A stretch of DNA of 64,000 bases from assembly GCA_963729715.1 (NCBI GenBank), contig CAVSPA010000006.1, positions 64,001-128,000 of the forward strand, read 5' to 3'. A program made the translations under genes and the position numbers. Within the stretch, counting starts at the first letter, position 1. Each line of letters starts with the position of its first letter. Positions 39,045 to 48,757 of this stretch are shown here, piece by piece. Below the pieces are notes generated by a model. It saw only the letters and a program-made list of their open reading frames with translations, had not been told where the DNA came from and did no database searches. The DNA comes from an uncultured delta proteobacterium. Lineage in GTDB: Bacteria > Desulfobacterota > Syntrophia > Syntrophales > UBA2185.

Positions 39045-39863
39045 TTATATGAATCTGTGAGCAGTTACAAAGAGGAGGCTCGTAAGTACAAGCGAAATCA
39101 AGAGTGCGGCGAATGCGAGCAGCGTGAAAAGCGCCGCCTTATGCCCCTTCCAGCCCATGGCGAGCCTTTGATGAAGCAGCACGGCATAAGCAAACCACGC
39201 CGCGAGCGTCCATGTCTGCTTGGGGTCCCATTGCCAGAGGCTGCCCCAGACGCTTCGCGCCCATACGGAACCAACCAGGATGCCGAGAGTGAGAAAGGAA
39301 AATCCGAGCATGAGGCATATATGGTTAATCCTGTCCAGGTCTGTAAGGGAAGGCAGAACCTTGCTGAAGCTGCTCACCTTCTTATTCTTTAGTAAACCTT
39401 CCTGGATGAGATACATAGCGCCCGCGCAGGTGGCGAGAGCAAAAAGGGCTTCTCCCGTTACGGCGAGTATCACATGAACCGGCACCAGGTTGCTCTGGAG
39501 TGCGGCGGGAATGGAAACGTATCCTCCCAGGTCTTTCGAAGCTGCGATCATAAGGAGAAAACTCACGGGAGAGACGAAGGCGCCCAGCACCCTGGTCTTC
39601 GTCTTCAATTGGAAGGCAAGATAGATACCGGCCATCGCCCAGGCGAAAAAAGAAAGCATCTCATGGAAGCTGATCACAGGATTCTGGCCGGTCTTGATGC
39701 ATCTCATTGCGAAAAACAAGGTGTGGAACGCAAAGGCCAAGAATAGAATCCATGTGGAGATTCTGGCCACCAGCACCCTTCTGGTATACAGGGAGCCCAA
39801 GTATCCTAAGGCGCTTAAGAGGTAGATAGCAAGAGCCAGTCTGAAAAAAATAATATCCATCAA
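39045..39863 (-). CDS. ccsA: Cytochrome c assembly protein (CcsA/HemX-like)
   Basis: Multi-TM; GSVWA...W.WDPKQTW tryptophan-rich motif. Confidence 0.8.
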   Translation of the reverse strand: MMDIIFFRLALAIYLLSALGYLGSLYTRRVLVARISTWILFLAFAFHTLFFAMRCIKTGQNPVISFHEMLSFFAWAMAGIYLAFQLKTKTRVLGAFVSPVSFLLMIAASKDLGGYVSIPAALQSNLVPVHVILAVTGEALFALATCAGAMYLIQEGLLKNKKVSSFSKVLPSLTDLDRINHICLMLGFSFLTLGILVGSVWARSVWGSLWQWDPKQTWTLAAWFAYAVLLHQRLAMGWKGHKAALFTLLAFAALLISLVLTSLLFVTAHRFI

Positions 39864-40507
39864 TCACCAACTTTTATTTCTTCGCCGGTAATGTCGTAAA
39901 TGATTTTTCTTACCTTATCCCAGCTCTTATCTTTTATGTGCTTCAGGATGTCTGAATGCACGACTGCTTCAAACAGGCGCCTGTTCTCGTTGGAGGAACG
40001 CCCTTTCACGACCAGCTTTTCTCTCAGTTGCCCCATCACGCCGAGGAGGGTCTGATATTCCGTCCCGAAGAGCTGTTCCATCTCTTCTTTAAGTTTCTTC
40101 GCGAGTGCCGGACTTTTCCCGCCGGTGGATATGGCTATCAGAAGGTCTCCCTGTGTGAGGAGGGAAGGGAGGACAAAATCACACTTGTCGGGGTCATCCA
40201 CTATATTGACGAGTATCCCCTCTTTTTTCCCGTCGCGCGAGATCTTCGCATTGACGTCATCCTGGTCGGTGGCGCCGATTAAGAGGAACGCATCATCGAT
40301 CAAGGCCTTGTCATAATCGGCAGCGATGTGATTTATCCTGCCTGCTTTCTTCATCGTTTCCAGACCGGGCGTCAGTGTCTTGCCGACAACGACGACGCGT
40401 GCCCCGAAGTTGAGAAGACGTTCCACCTTCCTCTCGGCGACATCGCCTCCGCCTATGACGACACATCTTCTATCTATGATATTCAGAAATAACGGGTAAT
40501 ATTTCAC
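39860..40507 (-). CDS. Precorrin-2 dehydrogenase/sirohydrochlorin ferrochelatase (SirC/Met8p-like)
   Basis: YYPLFL, GGG.VAERK, VN.VDDP..CDF..P, ISTGGKSPALA. Confidence 0.9.
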   Translation of the reverse strand: MKYYPLFLNIIDRRCVVIGGGDVAERKVERLLNFGARVVVVGKTLTPGLETMKKAGRINHIAADYDKALIDDAFLLIGATDQDDVNAKISRDGKKEGILVNIVDDPDKCDFVLPSLLTQGDLLIAISTGGKSPALAKKLKEEMEQLFGTEYQTLLGVMGQLREKLVVKGRSSNENRRLFEAVVHSDILKHIKDKSWDKVRKIIYDITGEEIKVGD

Positions 40508-40549
40508 TGCCCTTCCTTTTATGAAGTCGAGACCTTCAAGACAAAGAAC

Positions 40550-40653
40550 GTAGTGCAGATTCCATGTCTATCATAAAAGCAGGACTAAAGTCCTGCGCTA
40601 CAGAGTTTATTTCCACGCCCTACCTATGATGTAGTGCAGACCTTCAGGTCTGC
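40550..40653. repeat. GTAG-type REP palindromes
   Basis: GTAGTGCAGACCTTCAGGTCTGC (40631-40653); inverted GCAGGACTAAAGTCCTGCGCTAC (40579-40601); degenerate GTAGTGCAGA at 40550. Confidence 0.65.
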
Positions 40654-40802
40654 TGTGCCTTTTTCCGCCCCATGGCGTTGTCGTAAGTATAGAGAATCAG
40701 TGCAAGCTATCACGAAGACCCTTAAAATTCAAGCTGCTTGAAATATCATCGAAAAGAGGATATAGAAAGATATCCAATCATTTCGGGTCAGGGAGGGACA
40801 AA

Positions 40803-41762
40803 ATGCCAGAAGTGACCGGGCTGACCGGAGAAAAAAAGGGGCAATGGCTGAAGATCGAACTCTCTGTATCGCCGCTGCTGATCGATGCATTGTCAAACTT
40901 CCTTACTGAAATAGGCGTACCGGGAGCGTTTCAGGAGGAACTGGAGCCGCAGGCCCAGGGAGACTTTGGGCTTTTGGAAACGAGAGAAGTTCTTAAAGCG
41001 TATTTAGCATTTGACGGACGCCTGGAAGATCGGATCGCTTCCCTGAAGATATATTTGGACAGCGTCTCCGGTCTCTTCCCCGGAATGGAGGAGCCCCGCC
41101 TTGCCATGGAAATAGTTGCGGACCAGGATTGGGGGGAAGAGTGGAAGAAATATTTCAAGCCCCTGCGTGTGAGTAAGAACATAGTTATCAAACCGACCTG
41201 GGAGAGATACACCCCCGCAGGCCGAGACATTGTCATTGAGATAGACCCCGGGATGGCATTCGGAACGGGGCAGCATCCATCGACGAGAATGTGTCTCGAA
41301 GCGATTGAGGACATCCTTCTGAAAGACAGGGGGTTCAAGAAGTGGAGGGTCCTCGACGTCGGGACAGGTACAGGCATCCTGGGCATCTCCTGTGCAAAGC
41401 TGGGTGCAGAAAGAGTTGTATGTGTCGACATCGATAAGAAGGCTGCTGCCATTGCCCGAGAGAATGCGATGATCAATAACGTGGCAGACAGAGTGGAGAT
41501 CATTAACCGTGACGTCAATACCATCAATGAACCGTTTGATCTAATCGTCGCCAACCTCACGGCCAAGATACTGGTGCGTCTCCGTGACCACTTGATGTCT
41601 CTTATCGAAAAAGACGGTTATCTGGTGATTTCAGGTATCATTGATCAAAATAAAACCGATATAGAGGCGCATTTCCTGAAGGGCACATTCGCCGTTCACC
41701 AGATCATCTCGGAAAAGGAATGGGTTTGCTACGTTCTGCAAAGAAAAGGTAATAAACCTTGA
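40803..41762 (+). CDS. prmA: Ribosomal protein L11 methyltransferase
   Basis: DW..WK.YFKP, IDPGMAFGTGQHPST, LDVGTGTGIL. Confidence 0.93.
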   Translation: MPEVTGLTGEKKGQWLKIELSVSPLLIDALSNFLTEIGVPGAFQEELEPQAQGDFGLLETREVLKAYLAFDGRLEDRIASLKIYLDSVSGLFPGMEEPRLAMEIVADQDWGEEWKKYFKPLRVSKNIVIKPTWERYTPAGRDIVIEIDPGMAFGTGQHPSTRMCLEAIEDILLKDRGFKKWRVLDVGTGTGILGISCAKLGAERVVCVDIDKKAAAIARENAMINNVADRVEIINRDVNTINEPFDLIVANLTAKILVRLRDHLMSLIEKDGYLVISGIIDQNKTDIEAHFLKGTFAVHQIISEKEWVCYVLQRKGNKP

Positions 41763-41844
41763 GTGTCGCAAGAGAGCGTTCGGCATTTCTTAGCTAAGCC
41801 AGCCTTCTGACCAATTTCCAATTGTTTTGTGAGGGAATAAAACC

Positions 41845-42618
41845 TTGACGGTGCCGAGAATCTATTTCCCCGGGATTACAGGGAAGGACGAGATATCTAA
41901 TCTTGGAGGAGAGAACCTCAAATATGTCAAGTCCGTCCTCAGGATGAAGAAGGGTGACCATCTGGTTCTTTTTGACGGCGCCGGATGGGAATACGAAACC
42001 GTAATAAGGAACTTCTCCGCCGATGGCATCAAGATAGAGGTCCTGGGAAAAAACAGGATAGAGGACAAGTCTCCGAACATCATCCTTCTTCAGGCCCTGC
42101 CCAAGGCGAGCAAGATGGATTCGATAGTCCGGAAGGCAACCGAACTGGGTGCTCGCACGATCATCCCCTTCCGATCGACAAGATCCGTCCCTCAATTAAC
42201 TGCGGACAAGGCCCATGCGAGGGTGTTGCGCTGGCGAAGCATAGCCACCGAGGCGGCGAGACAGTGCGGGAGGGCCGATATACCGGAAGTCAACGACGTT
42301 CTCTCCTTTGAAGAGATGCTTGCATCTGGGGAAAGGGGGGCGCTCAAGGTTATTTTCTGGGAAGAAGAATCTGAAAGAGGTATAAAGACACTATTGCGTG
42401 ACAGTAGATACGAGGGAGCAAAAGACGTTACCGTCATGATAGGCCCCGAGGGGGGGTTCTCAAGAGACGAAGTGGAGAGCGCCGTGAGAAGAGGATTCAT
42501 ATCCGTGAGCTTGGGCAGAAATGTATTAAAGGTGGAGACGGCTACTGTCACTATTCTTTCTATAATACAATATGAATTGGGTATCTTCGGAGGAGAGCCG
42601 GAAGGAGGTAAGCTGTGA
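41845..42618 (+). CDS. rsmE: 16S rRNA m3U1498 methyltransferase
   Basis: VLRM..GD, KATELG, EAARQCGR, IGPEGGFS, LG.NVLK.ETA. Confidence 0.93.
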   Translation: MTVPRIYFPGITGKDEISNLGGENLKYVKSVLRMKKGDHLVLFDGAGWEYETVIRNFSADGIKIEVLGKNRIEDKSPNIILLQALPKASKMDSIVRKATELGARTIIPFRSTRSVPQLTADKAHARVLRWRSIATEAARQCGRADIPEVNDVLSFEEMLASGERGALKVIFWEEESERGIKTLLRDSRYEGAKDVTVMIGPEGGFSRDEVESAVRRGFISVSLGRNVLKVETATVTILSIIQYELGIFGGEPEGGKL

Positions 42619-43145
42619 TGGTGGAACATTGTTACGGCGGCTTCTGGCGAAGAGCGATGGCGTTTTCCATCGATAAGATAATCCTCTTTCTCACTTCTCT
42701 CTTCATCCTTTTTATAGGCATGCTGGCAATGAGTATCAGCTTTCTGTCCCACTACCGCGAAATGTTGCCGGAGAGATTTGAACAAATGACCATCACGTTT
42801 GTGTTTGTCTATCTCATTATGACCGTCTTTTTAAGCATGTTTTATTTTACATATTTCCACGGCGCCGTCGGACAGACGCCGGGAAAGATGATCTTCGGCC
42901 TCAAAGTGGTTCAGTCAACGGGAGAGCAAATGACCTTCGGACTCGCTTTTCTCAGATGGGTGGGATACATTATCTCGGCCATGATCTTTTACATCGGATT
43001 TGTCTGGGTCTCATTTGATGCGAAGAAACAGGGCTGGCATGACAAGATAGCGGGGACAGTTGTCGTCCGTGTCAGGAATATCATTGATGGGTCTGCATAT
43101 ACGCCCGATGAAAAAGGCCTTGACAAGGAAGGGGATTTTTTATAG
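42618..43145 (+). CDS. RDD-family membrane protein
   Basis: GFWRRAMAFSID, GQTPGK, QGWHDKIAGT. Confidence 0.9.
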   Translation: MVEHCYGGFWRRAMAFSIDKIILFLTSLFILFIGMLAMSISFLSHYREMLPERFEQMTITFVFVYLIMTVFLSMFYFTYFHGAVGQTPGKMIFGLKVVQSTGEQMTFGLAFLRWVGYIISAMIFYIGFVWVSFDAKKQGWHDKIAGTVVVRVRNIIDGSAYTPDEKGLDKEGDFL

Positions 43146-43148
43146 ACG
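43120..43148 (+). promoter_or_regulatory. Putative sigma70 promoter for tRNA-Phe
   Basis: Perfect TTGACA at 43120-43125 followed by a TATAGA/TAGACG -10-like box. Confidence 0.45.
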
Positions 43149-43180
43149 AGACTTCCGCATAATAACATAACAAACCGGGA

Positions 43181-43256
43181 GGGTCGGTAGCTCAGTCGGT
43201 AGAGCACTGGACTGAAAATCCAGGTGTCGGCAGTTCAATTCTGCCCTGACCCACCA
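43181..43256 (+). tRNA. tRNA-Phe (GAA)
   Basis: 76-nt cloverleaf: acceptor GGGTCGG/CTGACCC, anticodon arm CTGGA-CTGAAAA-TCCAG, GTTCAA T-loop, encoded CCA. Confidence 0.97.
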
Positions 43257-43263
43257 TGAATTC

Positions 43264-43301
43264 AAGGGGTTATAGATCAAGAATTAGGTCTGTAACCCCT
43301 T
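43264..43301 (+). terminator. Hairpin after tRNA (terminator or att-associated)
   Basis: AAGGGGTTATAGA...TCTGTAACCCCTT inverted repeat. Confidence 0.55.
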
Positions 43302-43509
43302 TGGTGTCTTTATAGGTGTCTATCTGCGGTCTTAATCCAGCCTTATATCAGGGGATCCCGACACCAAAGCCTTCAGCTTTTTATCAGTGATGACTATGTA
43401 ACGTGAGTGGACTTCGTCGGCTTTTGGAATGGCATGGCCGACGGCTGCCCTGACAAGATAGGTATTTTTTTCTCAACAGATTAACGAAGTCAGGGAAACG
43501 GCACATAGG

Positions 43510-44004
43510 GTGTTGGAGAAATTTACGGGGTCTCGGGCTTACGATAATCCCAGGGCTCTGATTGATAACCTGAAAGAACATGATCATAAGGTCGCAGCTA
43601 GGATCCAGCTGGAGTCGGGCGCGCGCGTATGGGCTGTGTCCCTCATAAAAGAGAAGCAATTGCAGGGCGTAGAAAACGGCATCGGACGTGTATTCATCGA
43701 GGACAAGGGCGGTAAAGCATTGACGCTGGAGATGAGTGCCGGAACATATAATGACCTCGCAAAAATTATCGCCGAGAAAAGTGAATTTCATATCTCTCAG
43801 AGGGCGTACCGGGCAGATATGAAGGATGCCGCCGCGGCCACAGGCCAGGAGTACAACGGCAGTCACGGATTCAGATGGAATGAGGCCCAGGAATCGTATG
43901 CCGAACACATCAAGTCCGGCGAAACTCCTGATGAAGCATTACAGTCAGTTTCGGACGAATTGGGACATGGCAGGCCGGATATAACGGCGCATTATTTGAA
44001 ATGA
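43510..44004 (+). pseudogene. Tyrosine integrase C-terminal remnant
   Basis: QLESGAR, KGGK, HGFR, VSDELGHGRPDITAHY; the N-terminal region is missing. Confidence 0.75.
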
Positions 44005-44052
44005 AACTAATTTATATAACAAAAAGAAGGCACCATTTTCCTGGATTGTGGT

Positions 44053-44123
44053 AGCTTTCATCCCGTTATGCTCAAGAGCGAACAATGAAAAACTGGAATA
44101 TGCCGGTCATTGGTTTCACCTAC
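44053..44123 (+). repeat. 71-bp imperfect direct repeat, copy 1
   Basis: AGCTTTCA.CCCGTTATGCTCAAG.GCG..CAATGAAAAA...TTCACCTAC, also at 46053-46123. Confidence 0.8.
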
Positions 44124-44231
44124 TGCTCAGCGGTGGGCCGTCGTAAGAACTAAGGATTTCGATTTGAACTAATCAATAAACATCCAAGCGCAGGATCTTC
44201 GGAATGCTGTAGACGAAATGCCGGAGGGCAT

Positions 44232-44375
44232 CGCCACCTTGGTATGGGTCACGGCCGCCCCGATGAGGACCCACTCCTCCTTTGTCCCTGATCCGTGTCA
44301 AAGCATGGTCCCCGTGACATCGATGAGCCGGTCGGCGGCATGTTCCCGCTGCCGCAATTGGAGGAGCAGGTCTGT
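44232..44375 (-). pseudogene. Fragment of xanthine dehydrogenase-family FAD-binding (CoxM-like) subunit
   Basis: TDLLLQLRQRE..DRLIDVTG..*..EEWVLIGAAVTHTKVA. Confidence 0.55.
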
Positions 44376-44400
44376 TGATTAAACTGGCCAGAAGGGTTGC

Positions 44401-45855
44401 TCAGATCCCCCCCATACAGAGGTACTTGATTTCAAGAAAGTCGTCGATGCCGTATCGGGAGCCCTCGCGACCGATCCCGGACTCCTTCATCCCGCCGAAC
44501 GGGGCAACTGCTGTAGAAATAAGGCCAGTGTTGATGCCGACAATCCCGTACTCAAGAGCTTCGGATACCCGCCAAACGCGACCGACGTCCCGGCTGTAGA
44601 AGTAGGCGGCAAGGCCGAATTCGGTGTCATTTGCCATCCGGATTGCCTCTTCATCGGTCTTGAAACGGAAGAGGGGCGCCACCGGTCCGAATGTCTCTTC
44701 CCGGGCGACGGCCATTTCGCAGGTGACGTCGGTAAGTATAGTGGGCTGGAAAAAGGTGCCACCAAGTGCGTGCCGCTGGCCGCCGAGGACGATCCGGGCT
44801 CCCTTTCCGACGGCATCGGCGATATGTGCTTCGACTTTCTCGACGGCGCGCATATCGATGAGGGGACCTTGCTGGGTTTCGCTTTTTAAGCCGTCCCCTA
44901 CGGTGAATGTGCCAACCCGCACCGCCAGTTTCGCTGCGAAGGCGTCGTAGATCCCCTCTTGGATGAGGAAACGGTTGGCGCAGACACAGGTCTGGCCCGT
45001 GTTGCGATACTTGGAAACGATGGCCCCCTCAACTGCGGCATCGAGATCGGCGTCGTCGAAAACTATGAATGGGGCGTTGCCGCCCAACTCCAAGGCAACC
45101 TTCTTGACGGTTCCAACGCATTGCCTCATGAGGAGCTTGCCCGTTTCGGTAGACCCCGTGAAGGTGAATTTACGGACGATCGGATTGCCGGTCATCTCGC
45201 GGCCAATGGCGTCGGAAGCGCCGGTGACAACATTGAAAACGCCGGGCGGGATCCCTGCCCTGTCGGCCAGAGCGGCAAGCGCCAGGGCCGAATAGGGAGT
45301 CTGGCTGGCCGGTTTGAGGATCATGGTGCACCCGACCGCGAGGGCAGGGGCGACTTTGCGTGTGATCATGGCGGAGGGAAAGTTCCACGGGGTAATGGCA
45401 GCGCAGACCCCGATCGGCTCTTTGATCACGATAACCCGTTTATCCTTTGCAAAGGTCGGCATGGTGTCGCCGTAGACTCGCTTCCCCTCTTCGGCGAACC
45501 ACTCAACGAAGGAAGCGGCGTAGGCTATTTCGCCGCGGGACTCGGCCAGGGGTTTCCCCTGCTCGGCGGTCATCAGAACCGCAAGGTCCTCCTGGTGCTC
45601 AAGGATAAGCTCAAACCAGCGACGCAGAAGCGCAGAACGGTCGGCGGCGGTCCTGCCACGCCAGGCAGGGTATGCGCTGTTTGCCGCTTCGATGGCAGCG
45701 CGGGTCTCTGTTGCGCCAAGCTTTGGAACCGTACCGATACTCTCACTCGTGGCGGGGTTGGTTACGGTTATCGTTCCGCCTTCGGCAGCATCTATCCACT
45801 GTCCGTTAACGTAGCACTGTTGGCGGAGAAGGCTTTTGTCTTTCAATGTAAACAT
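44401..45855 (-). CDS. gabD: NAD(P)-dependent succinate-semialdehyde dehydrogenase
   Basis: ITPWNFPSAMITRK, LELGGNAP, RNTGQTCVC, EETFGP, GREGSRYGI. Confidence 0.92.
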   Translation of the reverse strand: MFTLKDKSLLRQQCYVNGQWIDAAEGGTITVTNPATSESIGTVPKLGATETRAAIEAANSAYPAWRGRTAADRSALLRRWFELILEHQEDLAVLMTAEQGKPLAESRGEIAYAASFVEWFAEEGKRVYGDTMPTFAKDKRVIVIKEPIGVCAAITPWNFPSAMITRKVAPALAVGCTMILKPASQTPYSALALAALADRAGIPPGVFNVVTGASDAIGREMTGNPIVRKFTFTGSTETGKLLMRQCVGTVKKVALELGGNAPFIVFDDADLDAAVEGAIVSKYRNTGQTCVCANRFLIQEGIYDAFAAKLAVRVGTFTVGDGLKSETQQGPLIDMRAVEKVEAHIADAVGKGARIVLGGQRHALGGTFFQPTILTDVTCEMAVAREETFGPVAPLFRFKTDEEAIRMANDTEFGLAAYFYSRDVGRVWRVSEALEYGIVGINTGLISTAVAPFGGMKESGIGREGSRYGIDDFLEIKYLCMGGI

Positions 45856-46052
45856 AGGTAACCTCCAATTAAATATTGATTACAGCCGGTTCATTCCCAA
45901 GCCGGTAGCTGAAGGTAATGAAACAAAATAACTCAATTAATGATATTTTCCAGGCTTTAAATACCATAATGTGAAATTTTCCGACAAAATTATCTGACCA
46001 AGAGAAGATTGTTTATTGAAAGCGAAATTTGCACTAGATGCGCTTGTGAAGC

Positions 46053-46123
46053 AGCTTTCAACCCGTTATGCTCAAGGGCGTGCAATGAAAAAATGAAATG
46101 CGATGGTTATTGTCTTCACCTAC
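46053..46123 (+). repeat. 71-bp imperfect direct repeat, copy 2
   Basis: Matches 44053-44123; directly abuts the left end of the two-recombinase element. Confidence 0.8.
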
Positions 46124-46203
46124 CTATACGTAACATAATCTGATTTCGCTATTGATATTAATGTGTTAAGTTGTGTTTAAGATCTCATAGTTTTGTTCTT
46201 TCG

Positions 46204-47097
46204 TCAAGGATTATCTGGGTTGCAAGCCGTTCGTTGCATGATCACCTCCATGGCTTTAAAGTAATCTCTCTGTACTTTGATGTTTGATACACGGCAGTAT
46301 CGTTGTGTCGTTCTGATTGAGTTGTGTCCCAGGAGATCCTGGATGGTGGAGAGATCAGTGTCGGCGTTCAACATCTGTGTGGCCATCGTGTGCCGTAAAT
46401 GATGACAGGATATTTTTAAACCCGTCCTGCGGGCATAATATTCCATACGCTTCTGGATACCGCGAATGGAGATGGGCTGCCCGGTGAGAGGCCCTTTCTC
46501 TACCAGAAAAACTTTTTTTACTTTATTGGCCGGTCTCACCCTTATGTATTCCAGGAGTACACGGAGGGCGTCGTTGCTGATATAGACGATCCGGTCCTTG
46601 GCGCCCTTGCCATCCTGAATGAGTAACGTTCTGCGTTTAATATCTATGCTGCCGAGAGAAAGATGGGCAACTTCTTCCACCCGTAATCCGCACCGCAGCA
46701 TGAGCATGAACATGGCGTGATCCCGGCGCCCCTTCAGGTTTTGAAAGAGAACCTCTATCTGTTCTTCCTTCAGGTGCCTGGGAAGTGAACGGGGGAGCTT
46801 CATGATATTCGGCTTTCTCACGGGATTGATAACATGGATTCCTTCCTCCTCAGATAGATAGTGGTAAAACTGGCAGACAGTGTTCAGGTAGCAGTTGATC
46901 GTCTTCGGCCTTAACCTCCTGCCGAGCAGGTAGTCAGTATACTCCCCGATTTTCCTGTAAGTGACGTCTTCTATAGGCACGTCAAGCCAGAGAACAAAGT
47001 GTCTCAGACCGTGTAAATAGCTCTTAATGGAATTAGGCGAGACGTTCCTCCTCTTCAGGAATCGTCTGTACCTGATGATCGAATCGGTAACGGTCAT
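46204..47097 (-). CDS. Tyrosine recombinase (XerC/D-like)
   Basis: GLRVEE, GKG.K.R, HHLRH, LLGH, TQRY: catalytic residues present. Confidence 0.92.
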   Translation of the reverse strand: MTVTDSIIRYRRFLKRRNVSPNSIKSYLHGLRHFVLWLDVPIEDVTYRKIGEYTDYLLGRRLRPKTINCYLNTVCQFYHYLSEEEGIHVINPVRKPNIMKLPRSLPRHLKEEQIEVLFQNLKGRRDHAMFMLMLRCGLRVEEVAHLSLGSIDIKRRTLLIQDGKGAKDRIVYISNDALRVLLEYIRVRPANKVKKVFLVEKGPLTGQPISIRGIQKRMEYYARRTGLKISCHHLRHTMATQMLNADTDLSTIQDLLGHNSIRTTQRYCRVSNIKVQRDYFKAMEVIMQRTACNPDNP

Positions 47098-48188
47098 CTG
47101 CCTTCCCCCCTTTCTATGATCGACATGGCCCTGAAGTATTCTTCCTCTCTTGTCTTGTCGGTGAGCCTTGCATAGCGCCGCGTCACGTCCAGGGAACTGT
47201 GTCCCATCAGCGGCTGAAGATGTTCGATACGCATGCCGGCGTTTAACAGCTCGCTGGCAAAGGTGTGACGAAGTGCATGCAGGGAATACCCCTTATGAGT
47301 GAGACCGGCTTTCGTGAGACACCGTTCAAAGATAAGGTAGGCCGTGCTGTAGGACATGCTCTTCGTGCCCGTGGCGTAAAAGAGAAACTCCTTTTGAGGG
47401 TCTCTCATTTTGAGCCATGCCTTCAAAGCGCTCAGCGCATCATCGCTTAAATACACAACCCGCCCCAGCCGGTTCTTCTCGCCTTCATAAATATCAATCT
47501 TGCGGTCCCTCAGGTGGAGATCATGTATCTTTGTATTGAGCAGTTCGCCGATCCTCATCCCCGTCCGTAAAAGAACCATAATCATGGCACGGTCTTTCGG
47601 ATTGTCGATAACGGAAAGTAGTTGCTTAACATCGTCGGGGTCCATGGCTCTCGGTAATGTCTCGGGCTTTTTCAGACGAATCCGTCTCGCCAGAACAGCC
47701 GCACCGACAACCCCGGCGTCCATCGCATAGCCCAAAAAGGCGTTGACGCAGTGCAGTCTCGTACGCACCGTCGAGATCTTCATGCCCCGGTCCTGCTCAT
47801 GTTCGATGAACGCTTCAATGTCATTCTTGCTGATCTCCTCCAAACGTGTCTTCCCCGCAGCCCTGACGCCTTTCAGAAAGTCGTGAATGGCATTAAGGGC
47901 ACTCTCATATGTCCTCGGCCGGAAGTTCCGCCGGTACATGCCCCGGATATACTCCTCAACATGCCCTTTGCCTGGCAGTTCCCAGCCTGCGAGGCGATCC
48001 AATGCCCGGCGAAGGGCTTTCGCCTCCTGCGTGTATTCAGGATAAAATACCTTCCCTGATTTTCCTCTATAGATCTCGGGTAAAATAACGGGGGGGAGAA
48101 ACCCTGCATCCAGATCGCTGCTTCCAAAATCTGCCAGGGGTTCTTTCTCTGATGTGATACTGCAATTTTCTGTGGTCATCTGGTCCAT
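47094..48188 (-). CDS. Tyrosine recombinase (XerC/D-like)
   Basis: GMRIGE, EKNR, HALRH, LMGH, TRRY: catalytic residues present. Confidence 0.92.
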   Translation of the reverse strand: MDQMTTENCSITSEKEPLADFGSSDLDAGFLPPVILPEIYRGKSGKVFYPEYTQEAKALRRALDRLAGWELPGKGHVEEYIRGMYRRNFRPRTYESALNAIHDFLKGVRAAGKTRLEEISKNDIEAFIEHEQDRGMKISTVRTRLHCVNAFLGYAMDAGVVGAAVLARRIRLKKPETLPRAMDPDDVKQLLSVIDNPKDRAMIMVLLRTGMRIGELLNTKIHDLHLRDRKIDIYEGEKNRLGRVVYLSDDALSALKAWLKMRDPQKEFLFYATGTKSMSYSTAYLIFERCLTKAGLTHKGYSLHALRHTFASELLNAGMRIEHLQPLMGHSSLDVTRRYARLTDKTREEEYFRAMSIIERGEGR

Positions 48189-48757
48189 CGCTATCTCCTT
48201 TCCTTTAATTCAATAGGAAATACAGATAGATGATGACCATCAGAACATTAACTGTCAATCATCATTTTGTTACGTATAGCACCTTCCTATCAATAGATCA
48301 CATAGCTATAAAGGACTAACGATTATAGGGAGAAATGTTTTTTCATAACGGGAAGCATTTTTATAGCGTAAATGGATTGCCTTGGTATACTCTTTTTTGG
48401 ACCGCGGACTCATGATTATCCCTCCTTTTGGAAGTCGATGTTCGGTAACATCGAATTATCAGTCAACGATCTCTTTTATTCACCTCCTTGGGTAACATTT
48501 AATGTGAGGCAATTTCGCCTGAGAGTATTTGCTTGACTATATTTAGTTATAGGTGCAAACTTATAGCACGATTTTTGTTATTGAAATTTATTCGCATCCT
48601 TCTGAGTGCTCATCCCATAGATGGGTCATTGGTGGTTAATGGGACCCTGTGTGTTAATATGAGGCAGGGTTAATTAGTTTACCGTCGGCCGTGTGCCATA
48701 CCAGCCGTGATCTGATCGCAGTATTGCTAAAATCATTAACATTAGTGGATGTGAGCC

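Larger units (their letters stand above)
46124..48279 (-). mobile_element. Inverted-repeat-bounded element with two tandem tyrosine recombinases (RIT-like)
   Basis: Terminal IRs CTATACGTAACATAAT (46124-46139) and ATTTTGTTACGTATAG (48264-48279) enclose two overlapping recombinase genes. Confidence 0.75.

Noticed and set aside
46204..48188. Housekeeping xerC/xerD or an integron integrase
   Set aside because: The genes are tandem inside terminal IRs in an island; no IntI-specific insertion or attC array seen.
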